Source of the DNA: Octopus vulgaris
Lineage: Eukaryota
Direction of reading: 5' to 3'
Assembly: GCA_951406725.2 (NCBI GenBank)
Contig: OX597833.1
Span: 67,456,001 to 67,520,000, forward strand
DNA: 64,000 nucleotides
The translations under genes and the position numbers were made by a program. A model generated the notes under the pieces. That model did no database searches and was not told the origin of the DNA. It saw nothing but the letters and a program-made list of their open reading frames with translations. This document shows, piece after piece, positions 28,945-42,676 of the stretch; position 1 is the first letter of the stretch; every line of letters starts with the position of its first letter.

Positions 28945-29527
28945 CAATGATGGCAATAGATTTAAACAGCAGCGGTTATTTATTATTCTCAATATAATCT
29001 CTTGTGTCACAACAAATCAACCTCTACCTGGTGTAGTGAAAACTATTCCAAATGATCAAAGTCAATATTCAACATTAAACTTAAATGTCTCCCATATATA
29101 TGAAGCAAAAACTGTTTATTTGCGACATTTTCTTTTTTATTTTCAATTCACCAATTCGTTTATAGCGAAGATGGAAAAAAAAGAAATAAACGTAATTATT
29201 TTGGAACGAGATTACTGTCATTACGAACAGATTTTGAAAAGTTGATGGAACTTCGTTTAAATATTCTTCATTAAATCGGTTATTAGTTGGATAAGTAGAA
29301 TATTTCTCCTGGATATAATATTTGCTAATAAGTTAATGTTTCGGTATGAGTGTCGAAAAGACATTTATGAATTTATACTGATAAAGAGATGACCAGAAAC
29401 TTGATTGTATATTACACACACAAATATGTATATGTGTGTGTTTGTGCATGTGTATATGTATGTGTATATGTGTATATATATAAATATATATATATGTATG
29501 TATGTATGTATGTATATATATATATAC

Positions 29528-29565
<38 letters not shown>

Positions 29566-29703
29566 ATGTATGTATATATATAGGGAGAGTTTACGAAAAA
29601 ACAGGTGTTGTACAAAACAAATAGATGTATTAGTATAATAGAAAAAAATAGTTTACGTTTCGAGAAAGGAACACAGATGCTATTATAGCATTATTACGGT
29701 GAC

Positions 29704-29929
29704 AGTTGTCAAGCGATGTTGGGGGATACACACACACTCACACACACACACACACATACCTATTTATATACGACGGGCTTCTTTCAGTTTCTACCAAATC
29801 CACTCACAAGAGTTTGGTCGGCCCGAGGCTATATTAGAAAACGCCTGTTGAAGGTGCCACGCAGTGGGACCGATTCCACAACCATGCGGCTGGTTAACAA
29901 ACTACTTACCACACTGCCACTCCTGCGCC
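29704..29929 (-). mobile_element. SINE family A, 5' half
   Basis: Ends cttaccacactgccactcctgcgcc. Confidence 0.85.
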
Positions 29930-31224
29930 AATGAAATTTATCTTGAAAGTATCGTGTCGAATATATCAGTTATAAATATAGAAAGGGGAGATAATTTGTT
30001 GCCTTTTCCAACCTTATTGCAAGAGAAGACAACTCTGTGTGTCGCTAATAGAACAATGAAATATGAAACATGTAAGTGTCTATCGTTTAGCTCATTGGAC
30101 ATCAACCTGTATACATCCTTGTTCTGTATTGTATGATATACTGCATCAAGGTTTCCCTTCTGTTTATATTGCTATTCTATGTCTGGGTATATTAGTACCC
30201 GAAGTGATTCGGATGAAAAGCTTGTTAAATTGTTAAACGTCGTTAGAATTGTCTTTCATTAGAGCTACTTTCTAGTTTTGGTACTTGTGGGAATGTAATG
30301 TTGTTTAACTCCACATGCATTGCCTCAGATTATTTGTCACCTAATTAATTTACGATACGTTGAAATTACTAATGCGCCTTTCTGCATCGTTGAGCAATCC
30401 ATCTTGTTTTTAAGACATTCGAACAACCAAATTAAAAGAAATAAACAAAGGCGCGCATGTGCATAGCCTAACGTGATAAAACACGCGCAAGATTTATACA
30501 AAAGCAGTTTCTGCATTACATTGCAGATTTCAATAGGATCAGTGAAGTACTTTTCAATAAAGAACATTGATTTAGTGTCTATACGCAGAAGTGTTGTTTC
30601 TCTCAAGGGAAATATTTCCAACCATGCTAATACGCAAACGTTTGTACATCTGAACCAGAGAAAGAACTCTCAGCAAATAATTTCTCTTTGTACACACAGT
30701 TTCTACTTGAAGAATAATTATACACACAAAATCCTATAAATTTTCTTTCTTGATAGCAACATTAATGCAAAATCCGTATCTTCCGTATTCGAAGACAAAT
30801 GATGGCTTTTATTGATTTACAGGCGTTCACGTAAACTGATCCATAATCAGAATGAAAATGTTAGCTTAGCAATTGATAATGTTAATAAACTAGTGGATTA
30901 CTGGCCGAAGGCTCCGTGTTGATGAGAGAAATATTATATCCCTACGCTCAGATAGGAAATTGGCTTCCCTTTCATCAACATTTGAAATATGTGCGAAACT
31001 TTGACACAACTCACAGCTACAGGCAGATTGGTTGCCTATAATTAATGTCTTCCTCTTACGTCAAGCTAAGCGTTCATCTCCGACTATGAACCATTGGACG
31101 CGGCAAGCGTTTTCTATGTATTGGCCGAACCATTTTCCGTGGACGCAAGTTCTATTAGAAATAACAACCAATTCTCCGTCGTTTTTTCTACAGAATTATT
31201 CATGGATCATTGGACTGGAAGAAC

Positions 31225-31599
31225 TCCGTCGGTTACGACGACGAAGGTTCCGGTTGATCCGATCAACGGAACAGCCTGCTCATGAAATTAACGTGTAAGT
31301 GGCTGAGCACTCCACAGACACGTGCACCATTAACGTAGTTCTCGGGGATATTCAGCGTGACACAGAGAGTGACAAGGCCGGCCCTTTGAAATACAGGTAC
31401 AACAGAAACAGGAAGTAAGAGTGAGAGAAAGTTGTGGTGAAAGAGTACAGCAGGGATCACCACCATCCCCTGCCGGAGCCTCGTGGAGCTTTTAGGTGTT
31501 TTCGCTCAATAAACACTCACAACGCCCGGTCTGGGAATCGAAACCGCGATCTTACGACCGCGAGTCCGCTGCCCTAACCACTGGGCCATTGCGCCTCCA
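31225..31599 (-). mobile_element. SINE family C (tRNA-like head), full length
   Basis: Reverse complement ggaggcgcaatggcccagtggttagggcagcggactcgcggtcgtaagatcgcggtttcgattccc with A and B boxes. Confidence 0.9.
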
Positions 31600-32021
31600 C
31601 CATAGGGACATTACCATACTGAATGTTCAAGTCTAGCATGCTGTTGATCTCTGGTTGTTTCAGTCATGGCTTAGTCGAAACTGGCCTACAAAACAGGCAC
31701 CAGAACTCCACAAGAAGAAAACGTCGAGAGAGTCACACGTTTAATGCTTTTGATTACCGGGCGCGAACTGGCGGTGGGCGATGGCATCTACTACAACATC
31801 AACAAAATGGTCACCCATGTTCAGAATTATTTCCCTTATTACAATATATTTTAGTCTTTTAAGGTAGTATTTTATGAAGGCAGGAGAGATTTTAATGTAA
31901 ATTAATTCTCAGATTCCATCGTTTCTCAGTTGCAGAAATGTAAAAAAAAAAATTCAAGTCTTGCACACGCCCGCGCATGCATACATACACACATACATAC
32001 ATACATACATACATACATACA

Positions 32022-32115
<94 letters not shown>

Positions 32116-32262
32116 AAATAGAAAGATGAATAATCTTGTAGTAGATTAATCAAAAGTTTAACCGATACCTTAGTAGCAAAAATCACAGCAGTAAAACAGC
32201 ACGGTTGGAGGTACAACCATATGGTGTTGCAACCGTGCGTTGGTGCGGATAATTGAAATTAG

Positions 32263-32570
32263 AACATTATTGGTGAATTGAAGAAATGGAGCTGAACGCA
32301 GATTGAACAGAAATCGTTTTATTTCATTCTACACGTGTTTCGCCATGGGCTCTTAGGAGCATAGTTCGATTTGTTTTTGCTCCGCCTCTGTTCTGTTTTT
32401 GTTTTTCCAACGGATTTCCTATTTTCTTCCTGAAGAGAAAGACACAATATGGTCCCATTATTCCATCGGATTTTGGTAATTTGTGCCTTTCGAAACACGT
32501 GTAGAATGAAATAAAACGATTTCTGTTCAATCTGCGTTCAGCTCCATTTCTTCAATTCACCAATAATGTT
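32263..32570 (+). mobile_element. Fold-back element with 80-bp perfect inverted arms containing an HHR
   Basis: 32263-32342 is the reverse complement of 32491-32570; right end abuts (TA)n. Confidence 0.85.
32420..32513 (+). ncRNA. Type I hammerhead ribozyme with canonical core
   Basis: tattttcttc-CTGAAGA-GAAAGaCACAA...TTGTGcCTTTC-GAAA-CACGTG-TA^-gaatgaaata; G10.1-C11.1 pair, palindromic helix III, 9 of 10 pairs in helix I. Confidence 0.8.
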
Positions 32571-32639
32571 ATATATATATATATATATAAACAGCGTTAA
32601 CTTTAACAGATTTCTTGAAGAGTAGAAAGAATAAAAAAC

Positions 32640-33728
32640 AAACCATCATAATGAGGAATGACGAATAATACACCTTCAGAATTTATGTATTAAAGCATTT
32701 TCTTCATAATTCCGACATGTGTTTCGGACACGTGTTTCTGCTGGATAAGTATCATCGTGTCTTTTCATATAATACTTTTGTGCATTTAAATCAATTATTT
32801 TAAGCCTCTTTCAGTACAAGTTCCAATCTATTATGCAACTTTATTCCAAGTGATCCCCATACGAGTGGGGGGGAAAACTCCGAATAAGTTTGTATAGGTT
32901 TGCCACTGCAATTGTTTTAATGTAATTGAACTGAATGCACACAACTATGGCATCGAAAGACACTAAGACACTTATCCAGCAGAAACACGTGTCGCAATGT
33001 CACCTAAAGAAAATGATTTGGATCTTTTCCTTTTGAACGGCAGATGTCAACACAATTTCTAGTCAACTAAACACTTTTAAACTTCGTAGACTGGTAGAAT
33101 GTGTCTATAAAACATCATGTTTTTCTTGGCTTTATTGCGAAAATTATATATGTAGTAACATATTTCGTTTGAAAATCCGAGCATTTCGGCAATTTTAACG
33201 AATCGATTACCTCCATTTAGGTAAACAACATTTGCTGCATCTAAAACTGAGACAACATCCTGTAACTAACCCTCACGCTCCCCCTAACCCTAACCCTAAG
33301 CCTAATTTTTTTTTTTAATTGTTAAATCAATTTAATTATTACGCGTGTAAAAAAAAACTAAAGCAATGGAAAATAATTTAAACAATTAACATACAAAATA
33401 ATTCTATAATTTTATACACACGCTTTCCGTACGTATACAGGATGTTGTCCCAGTTTTAGACGCAGAAAATGATGTTAGCTCAAAAGAGAGCATAGGATTG
33501 GTTAAAATTCGAAAAATTAAACTACGTTGAACAAACGAATTACAAATTTATCAAGAAAGCCAAGTGAAAATAATGTTTTCTTTTGACACATTCTACCAGT
33601 ATACGAAGTTTTAAAGTGTTTAGTTAACTAGAAATTGTGTTGAAAACTGCCGTTCAAAAGGAAAAGATCCAATGATTTAATAAATAGATTTTGAAGATCT
33701 ATTATTCTTCAGTCTTCATTATGTTGTG

Positions 33729-33730
<2 letters not shown>
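32640..33730. mobile_element. Older fold-back element, right arm interrupted by a MITE
   Basis: gacacgtgtttctgctggataagt vs acttatccagcagaaacacgtgtc; arm similarity resumes after 33670. Confidence 0.6.
33020..33670. mobile_element. Long-TIR MITE with 8-bp TSD (Merlin- or Mutator-like)
   Basis: Ends ggatcttttccttttgaacggcag / ctgccgttcaaaaggaaaagatcc; TSD aatgattt at 33012-33019 and 33671-33678; central taaccc repeats. Confidence 0.9.
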
Positions 33731-33780
<50 letters not shown>

Positions 33781-35119
33781 ATATATATATAGGGATATAT
33801 GTGTGTATATGTATATAAATACACATATATATATAAATATATATGCATGTAGTATATATTCAGAAATATTCACGTGAAACAATTGGTAACGTGTTTCTTG
33901 TACTCTACAATCGCACAGGCACAGACGCTAACACACATACACACACACATTTCTGTGTATATATGTGTATGTGTATGTATGTGTGTTGCTGCTCGTGCGG
34001 AAATATGTGTGTGTTTGTGTGTGTGTGTTTATAAACATTATAAATATCTCATACTTAACATAGTTTGTTGTTTTAGCCGCAGAAGCTACGGTTTATATAC
34101 CGATAAAAAATCATTTCAAAGAATTATTTTGTTAAAAGAGCATAATACACTTCAGAGCGAGACGAAACCCATTCGAAACTTTTGGCTTGTCGTATATATA
34201 CATTGTGCAAAACCTATTTGCACGCCGCCCTGTGCAGCATCATGTATATATTCATTAAGTCGACCACATACGAATAAAGGAAATTTTATTGAAGAGAAAG
34301 TATGTAGAAGTTGTTAGGCTGGAAATGTTTGTGGTAGCGCTATTTGATGTAGTTTCTCTTGATTTTACTCAATCGTCTTGTCACTTTTGACTTTATTCCT
34401 TTGCAGGGATTCGATCCATGTCTCCGCTTTGAGAATAGTTATCTTCGTACTTCTTCACCGGTCACAGGAGTCTTTAGAATGATCATTCACGCTGATCTTT
34501 CTTCTCTGGCCTAACCACTAAATACTTTTGTGAAATCGTTTGACCGTTTGAAAGTTAACTAGCCTTTCCATTCCATTTTAAAAATACCATTAAAATAACT
34601 CCGTTTCTTTCGTCTAGACTGTAACCAATAGTTTGGGCCAATGGGTATAATTGATAAATGAACATCAGAAGAAAGTTTCTATGTATTTTAGCGAACTCAG
34701 ATGATTGATAAACGAATTCAATTTATCTAGATCCAATAAGAGCTGTCTGTCTAGAGTAATGGATCTGTTCAATGGAAGCACTTACATCGACCATTTCTGC
34801 ACCAAACATCTAATCAAATAGATCTGTAATGAATGGTACGTAGCAAAACTCTCTATGTAGTACGCCAGCCTAATATTCTGTCACTTTGTCGATTTTAATG
34901 TTTATAGTTTCAGTAAAAGCAAAAGACTTCTAAGTTATTTTAGAGAACCAGATACGGACGCTAGTACATTTGAGTTCAATAATTTCAATAATTGAAAAGA
35001 ACCGTCCGACTAAAATGGGAAGAGATATCGACCTGTAATAATGAATTTCGTTTGTTAGTAGCATAACTTATGTCTTACATCATGGCGTCGTTGTTGTTGG
35101 TGTATTTGCCATGCAAGTG

Positions 35120-35595
35120 AAGGTGAGTGGCTTAGAGGTTTTGGAAATTCGGCTCACTATCACAAGGCTGTGAGTTCGCATTCCGGCGGCGCGTTGAGCC
35201 GTTGGGAGAGACATTTTATATTGGCGTTGTTCCAGCGAAACTCAGCCGGAAAAATTGAGTTGCATCTTTAATTCAAAATGTCAGCCGTGTAATTTTCAGC
35301 GTGTCACTCTGCATCACCCTCAGAAATACGTTAAGGATGCGCGTGTCTGTAGAACGCTCTGCCACTTGCAACGGTAATTTCACCAAGAGACATTTTATTT
35401 CGCGTTGTTCCAGCCAAACTCAGCCGGCAAAATTGAGTTGCATCATTAATTCAAAATGTCCGCCATGTAATTTTCAGCGTTAAGAATGCGCGTGTCTGGA
35501 GAGCGCTCTGCCACTTGCAACGGTAATTTCAAGAACAGAATCGGCTTCCTTGATTGGATCAACTGGAAGCCTCGTCTTAGTAACTGATTGAATCG
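35120..35595 (+). mobile_element. Diverged SINE C relative with internal duplication
   Basis: tRNA-like head; cgttgttccagc.aaactcagccgg.aaaattgagttgcatc present twice; tail ggatcaactggaagccctcgtc. Confidence 0.65.
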
Positions 35596-36046
35596 GTATT
35601 GTTGTCTCCCTTGTGCATCTAACCGAGCAATTTCTGGTTGATATATAGAACTACAATACTGAAAATCGTCTTTCGTTTCTTAAAATAATAAAATGCGTTA
35701 TCAGAACGTTGATTTTGCTGCTATCCAGGGCTCGTCAAGCGGCCATGCTTGAGATTCCTTCGTTGAATTCACGGGATTCTCGTCGTTAAACCACAAGTCT
35801 GAACAGATGGGCGTTGCATATATCGTTTCTTTTTTTATGTTTTACTTATATCTGACTTTAGATTGTGACCATGGTGAGATAGCGCCATGAAGGACTTTCG
35901 TGGATCGACACTGCTCCAGTATTTTATGCTTTCAACGCCTTATGCATCTTCTTTCCTCATCTTGCGCAGAACAGCTACATTACAGGGCCGTAAACGCACC
36001 AGCACCGGTAGTTCATTGATGGTGCAGGATAAGCGCAAAAACACAT

Positions 36047-36086
<40 letters not shown>

Positions 36087-37289
36087 TATATATATATATA
36101 CATATATGTATATAGCTACACTTCCATGCATATATATATATATATATGTGTATGCATGTATATATATATATACATGTATATATATATATATATGTATATA
36201 CTGGGAATATGTTTAATGTGTAAAGTGGACATATCTAATTGTATTATTAACGCAAAATTTTGTGGCTATTTCAACAATGTGTTTGTGGATGGGTATGGCG
36301 CTGAAGAAGGGGTACAAACTCCTGAAACCGCCATATACACCCATTGCCAATTTTTCTATCTTCGATCGCACTGTCTGCATAAAAAGTATTCGTATACGAA
36401 ACGGCGCAACTTCCACTGCTGGTTCAAATATCTATAGAAAATCCGCTGGTTCAAAAATCTTTAGAAAATCTTTCAAAAAGTCAGTATATAGGCAGTTATA
36501 TTCTATAGCAGGGAATATTCAATTCGATGCTAATAAATCAATACTCACAAGTAAGAGAGGAAATAGAACAGGATTCCCGCTACGTAACTCAAGAAAATTA
36601 AAGCCAAATAAACTAACGCAGATTTTAGAATCGATTTGAAAGATTATAAGCTTTGGTCATTATTCCGTATTTCTAAGGATTATTTTAACTTTATGCTTTT
36701 AACATGAAATATGATGGATTCGCTATGTTTATTTGATCTCGTTTCAAAGTAAAATTAAGGAAATAAGACACAATGCTGGAATGAATTATTGAATGAACAT
36801 TTTGTAGTCGATACCTATTGAGGTTTGTAAAGGAATCTTGTAAAACTTCCTGACAGAAGCATTGTCGGTCGAAGAGTAAGAAAGCTGACTCAGATCCCTG
36901 AATGTATCTATCTATGTTCATACAGAAACGAAACACTCGGCACTTGATTCACTTTGTGTCCTCTGTCGATTAATTAATGAAAGACATATGTATACTCATG
37001 TTTTGAATACTATTTTCCTGTTTGTCATCGCCAAACTGGAATTATATAAGCGTGTGTTTATGCGCCTGTGTGCACGCGTGTGTTTGCGTGTGTGTATCAA
37101 TGCACATAAATGTGCAATACATTCTCGTTATCTTGCACAACGCCGTATGTCTCTGTGCTCTGACGCTTGCTCCATGCACTGGCTGCTCCACAACCAAAGA
37201 CTAGGTTACCAACCACCAACCATCAATGCTTGCGCAGACCGTCTCCCACAGCCTTATATATCACCTGCAAACCCCAAATTTTGCCAATA

Positions 37290-37340
<51 letters not shown>

Positions 37341-37829
37341 TTAATTTGCCAAAATATTTTCGTCACTTTCAGACCGCGCTCTGTTCACTGACAAAATTCC
37401 GTGCAGACCACATACCCATGCCCTTGTCACCTTCTTCCCACGATATGTGGGAAGAAACAAAATCTCCTCAAAGTTACGCCGCAACCACGTCTGCCATATT
37501 CTAATGCATGCGCATAAAATCTTGGGCAATGAAAAACTTTTGGATAGACTATTGGAAAATTTCATCGTCAAAACGAGCGAGTATAGAAAAATGTTTGGGA
37601 ACCATTTGAAGTGTTACTCTTTCGTGTACAATGATATAAGATATTATCATACCTGTGTTTATTTTGATATTAAGATTGAAAAAAAAAGAGGACGTTGTTT
37701 GTAAAAGATTTTAGACCTGCGATTGCAACCCCTAAACACATTTTAGGGCTACTTTATATACATTTATATAAATACATATAATGTATTTATGAAACATTGC
37801 ATACATATTGAAAGACTAGATGTCTATTG

Positions 37830-38180
37830 AATTTATCGTTGCTGTTGCTGTTGAGCGAACGGTCTTCGTCCCAGAGCTCGCAAGATGGGAGAAGTACGAA
37901 TCGTGGTGCTTTGCTATTCGTAAGACCCGCAAAAGAGAAAAGAAGTCAACCCCCGACACCGAGAGCATCGATGGATGGATGAATGCGCATCCAGGCTCAG
38001 CGGTTGCGTAGGAAGTCGGGCGAAAGAGTACAACAGGGGGTCGCTACCATCCCCTGCTGGAGGTTCGTGGAGCTTTAGTTGTTTTCGCTAAATAAACACA
38101 CACAACGCCCGGTCTGGGAATCGAAACCGCGATTCTCCGACCACGAGTCCGCTGCCCTAACCACTGGGCCATTGCGCCAC
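37830..38180 (-). mobile_element. SINE C-headed variant, copy 1
   Basis: tRNA head at 38110-38180; body homologous to 39547-39935. Confidence 0.8.
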
Positions 38181-38445
38181 CTGTCATTGCTGTATGGGAA
38201 GGAACAAAGCAAATCGTTTCTCTTTTCTTCTCCAAACGTATCGAGATGGCGATGTATTGTAGTAATTAAGAGAATAGAATTTCGACAAGGTTTTCTCATA
38301 ATTTTCTTTAAGTAGATTAACAACGTTAATGAAGCGAATTAATTGCAGCAGCAAAGATAATGAAAAAAAAAAGGTTGACGTGATTTAAATTTGACATAAA
38401 GATTATAATATTTTTCCTGATTTATCATCACGCACAGATATAAAC

Positions 38446-38562
<117 letters not shown>

Positions 38563-39546
38563 CATATATATATATATATGCTTGGGATATGAAGGGAAAA
38601 AATCAATAGTATGAATACATTTGAGTTATGTGTTTAAATCGAATCTCATCGAACTAATAAACGTATTAACGTTATTGTCACGTTGGTTTTTGTTGCTGTT
38701 ATTCATCTTCCAAATGAAACCTACTAAGCTATTCCGTGATTAAAATCTTTGCAATAACAACTGACTTGTCATTGTCGTCTTACCTTGCAATAAACCATAG
38801 CAGTTTTGATGCCAGCTGACTGACATCGCTCTTCCATCTATGATACGGAGATAATGTAAAGAGATTTCTAGTGGTTTTCACGTGCTTAACACTTGCCCGA
38901 TTGATTTTTCTTGTTTCTGGTCGTTCACTTAATATGTATTAAACTGTTATGTATATTCGATTTAAAACAACTACAGTACTCTATGACCGAATAGACATAA
39001 GAATTACCCTTAGAGAGTTCTGTTGCATCTGGGGAGAGTCATTTTCTTTTTTGGCCTTATAAAGTAACACACTCACCGGTAAAATTTCCACTTATATTTT
39101 ATCTTTATTTTCTTAAAATTTTCGTTGCGTCTTGCAACCTTTTCAGTAGTTTTGGCACAACAGAATATGCTACAACACACGAACTAATATAAAGAATCTT
39201 GCAAACCAAATCCCAAAACGAAATACCCTCAGAGAGCTTTTAGAAGTAACTGGTGTTGTTGGATCCACCACTTTCTTTAAATACTGAATTCAAGTATGTG
39301 TACAAGTCAATGTAATTTCAGAAATGCTATATTTGAATATAATGGCCATAATAATTGGCTGAGACATATTTTATCCTTCTTGGAGGTTGAACGCTATGCT
39401 CTAGAGTAGGAGAAACGAGACTGTGGCGCAGCAAAATGTTGCATTTATGCTTCCTTAAAATCACTCTTTACTATCTTAAAAATAGAAATAAATTGATGTG
39501 CTTGTAAGGGTTACATATACCTAAACACCAACAGCAGCAGCTAGAA

Positions 39547-39935
39547 GGAGGCGCAATGGCCCAGTGTGTGTTTATTGAGCAAAAACACCTAAAGCTCCAC
39601 GAGTCTCCGGCAGGAGTGGTGGCGAACCTGTTTTACTCTTTCGCTCCAACTTTCTCTCACTCTTCCTTTCTGCTTCTTGTCCCCGACTTCCTACGCAACT
39701 GCTGTGCCTGGATGCGCATTCATCCATCCGTCGATGCTCTCGGTGTCGGGGGTTGACTTGCTTCTTCTTCTGCGACACTGAGAGCATCGGCGGATGGATG
39801 AATGCCCATCCAGGCATTCGAATAGCAAAGGAGAGCGTTTCGGACTTCTCCCACAGGGACGAAGACCGCTACGCTCAACAAACAAACAAACAAACAAGCA
39901 GCAGCTACAATTACAATGGCAAAAACAACAAAGGC
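39547..39935 (+). mobile_element. SINE C-headed variant, copy 2, with internal 44-bp hairpin
   Basis: Head with the tRNA middle deleted; arms 39705-39748 and 39773-39816. Confidence 0.8.
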
Positions 39936-40364
39936 ATCGGCTGCGACAGGAATACGTTTAGGAGAAACCTGTTGCGACTGAACTTGGAAATTTAAGGCAG
40001 AGAATAATAATGTACACTGCGCCATTCAATTTAGCATTGGGCTCATTCTTCGACTACATTCTTCGTTTTCAATATCAAATTCTTACATAGGCACAAAGTC
40101 ATGACTCTTTTCCTGTGAGGGTCCGAGTAATGTCAAATAAACACGTATTAGGTTTGTACTGTTGCTCGATTAACCCACACCGAAACAAATGTAGAAACAT
40201 TAGAGCCTATAACACCTCCTAGCAATAGCTTTCAAACCTCTGGAATGCTAGATGTTTGTTTATATTCTACCTTTCCCCTTTCTTTTGCCGTGAAGACCAC
40301 TGATGTAAATATCAACTTTCTCTTCCATCCATAAGTTTGAAAATTTTAACAAAAACAAAATTCC

Positions 40365-40702
40365 CTGCCACAACCATAGAGTGCCTAGTAATACTATCGG
40401 ATGGTATGAGGCTGGCTCTGTATAATACGGCCCTTGAGAGATAGAATACTTCTAGGGAGCACATGGTGGGGTTTCGACAGTTGCAGGTTAAGTTTGGGGC
40501 TGGTGCGGGCGCATTATTACGTCTAATGACGCATGCCATATTAGATGCGATATTGTCTAAGCAGTAGTATCTCACCTTGATATTATGGGGGTTGAAGAGT
40601 TGGCAATAGTTGTGGCCTCTGTTGAGCAAGTGCTTCTCAGTTAACGACGAGAAACCCCTGGCCAAGTTGGTGGGAAATTGTAAGTTGACAGAGGGGTTAT
40701 AT
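40365..40702 (-). pseudogene. Penelope-like element ORF fragment (post-RT region and Cys-rich linker into GIY-YIG)
   Basis: YNPS..PTNLARGF..LTEKH..GHNYCQLFNPHNIKVRYYCLDNIA..TCNCRNPTMCSL..LSRAVLYRA resembles the PLE pattern IFNRNTVKVSYSCMPN..CNCR..CPL..VVYKA. Confidence 0.8.
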
Positions 40703-40903
40703 ATATAGGTATGTGTGTGTGCGCGTGTGTGTGTGTGCGTGTGTGTGTGTGTATGTATGCATGTGTGTGTGAATGTGTATGTATGCATATAAATATAATT
40801 ATGAACATATATATATATAACCATATATAAACCTATATGTATCTAACGCTAAACACCTTCCACGCTGCAATTGTTATATATATTAACATTTATATTTATA
40901 TGC

Positions 40904-40970
<67 letters not shown>

Positions 40971-40980
40971 CAATCAATCA

Positions 40981-41073
<93 letters not shown>

Positions 41074-41551
41074 CATAGATAGATAGATAGATAGATAGAT
41101 AGCTATAGATATATTTACACATTTATAGCATATATTTGTATGCAAATAAATATAAACGTGGAGGTGTATCTACGCATCTACGTGAATCGGTGTGTGTGTA
41201 TGTCAGCGTGTCAGCACGAAACGTGAACAAAAATAATAGATGCAGCAAGAAGTAGCTTCTTAGTGTTATTCCTTGGAATGACAGAACTGAGAATTAGTTT
41301 TGACATTTATTCTTAAAACTCGCCAAAGCCTAAACTTTTTAACGTCTGTCTTTTAGATTGTTTATTGACTTCACAGAAATTTCGAATGCCGCTGGAATTC
41401 ACACACACACACACACACACACAGACACACACACACACACATTTTCATATAGATAGGTAGGAGTATGTGTATGTGTGTGCACTTACCTACCTATATACAC
41501 ACATACATATATATATACTGCCATATATATGTTTATATCTATATATACATA

Positions 41552-41605
<54 letters not shown>

Positions 41606-42408
41606 TGTATGCTGTTACATATAGTAGATATATGTTATATATATACTGATAATATACTAATATACTTATACTTTTTATATAGACACTTACGCACATATAC
41701 TATATATAAATACTCTTCTGTGTATATATACTTAAATATATTATATATAGCAAATCATATGCATATACATATAAATATATATATTTTTCTGTGTGTATAT
41801 GTATATATATGTATATTCATGTATATCAAACATACGGAATCTTATATGTCTCGGAATTTATTTAAAGAAATTAGAACACCTGAAATGTTGATTACTGATA
41901 TGTATCGGATTAGTGATATCTTACTTTAATTCATACAGTCTGTTACCAATAAACGTATACAATAACCTAGATTATGCTTTTAAAGTACTTTTGATCACTA
42001 AAAATATGCACTAGTTTGCAAAATGCTCACGATACAGTCTTTAATATATGCCACAACTATGGCGACAAGCTGGCAGAATCATTAGCACACGGGGTAAAAT
42101 ATTTGGCTAAATTTCGGCCGTCTTAACAATCGGAGTTCAAATTCAGCTGATACTAATATTTCCTAAAGATAGATAGTTTTTCAATCGTTCTCATATGCCG
42201 AACCGCAATGTTACGTACACGTAAACACATCAACATAGGTTATCAGGCTGTGGTGGGGCAAAACACTGACAGAGACAGATATATAGACATATAGATAGAT
42301 AGATAGACAGAAAGAAAGATAGACAGATATAAATATATATATATATAAAGATAGATAGATAGATATAAAGACAAAAAGACAGATAGATAAATAAATAGAT
42401 AGATAGAC

Positions 42409-42461
<53 letters not shown>

Positions 42462-42586
42462 AATATAGATAGATAGATAGATAGATTGATAGATAGACAT
42501 ATAGATAGATAGACAGACAGATAGATAGATAGATAACTTTTTATCGTGGCCACACAGGGCTAAACACAGAAGAAAGATAGATAGAT

Positions 42587-42676
<90 letters not shown>

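Noticed and set aside
31530-31599. tRNA gene
   Set aside because: tRNA-like head continues into a SINE body and lacks a proper acceptor stem
34395-34515. Terminal coding exon after ttcctttgcag
   Set aside because: Short frame with no recognisable homology or partner exons
37400-37500. GIY-YIG remnant (CPCHLL..YVG)
   Set aside because: Needs two frameshifts over a very short match
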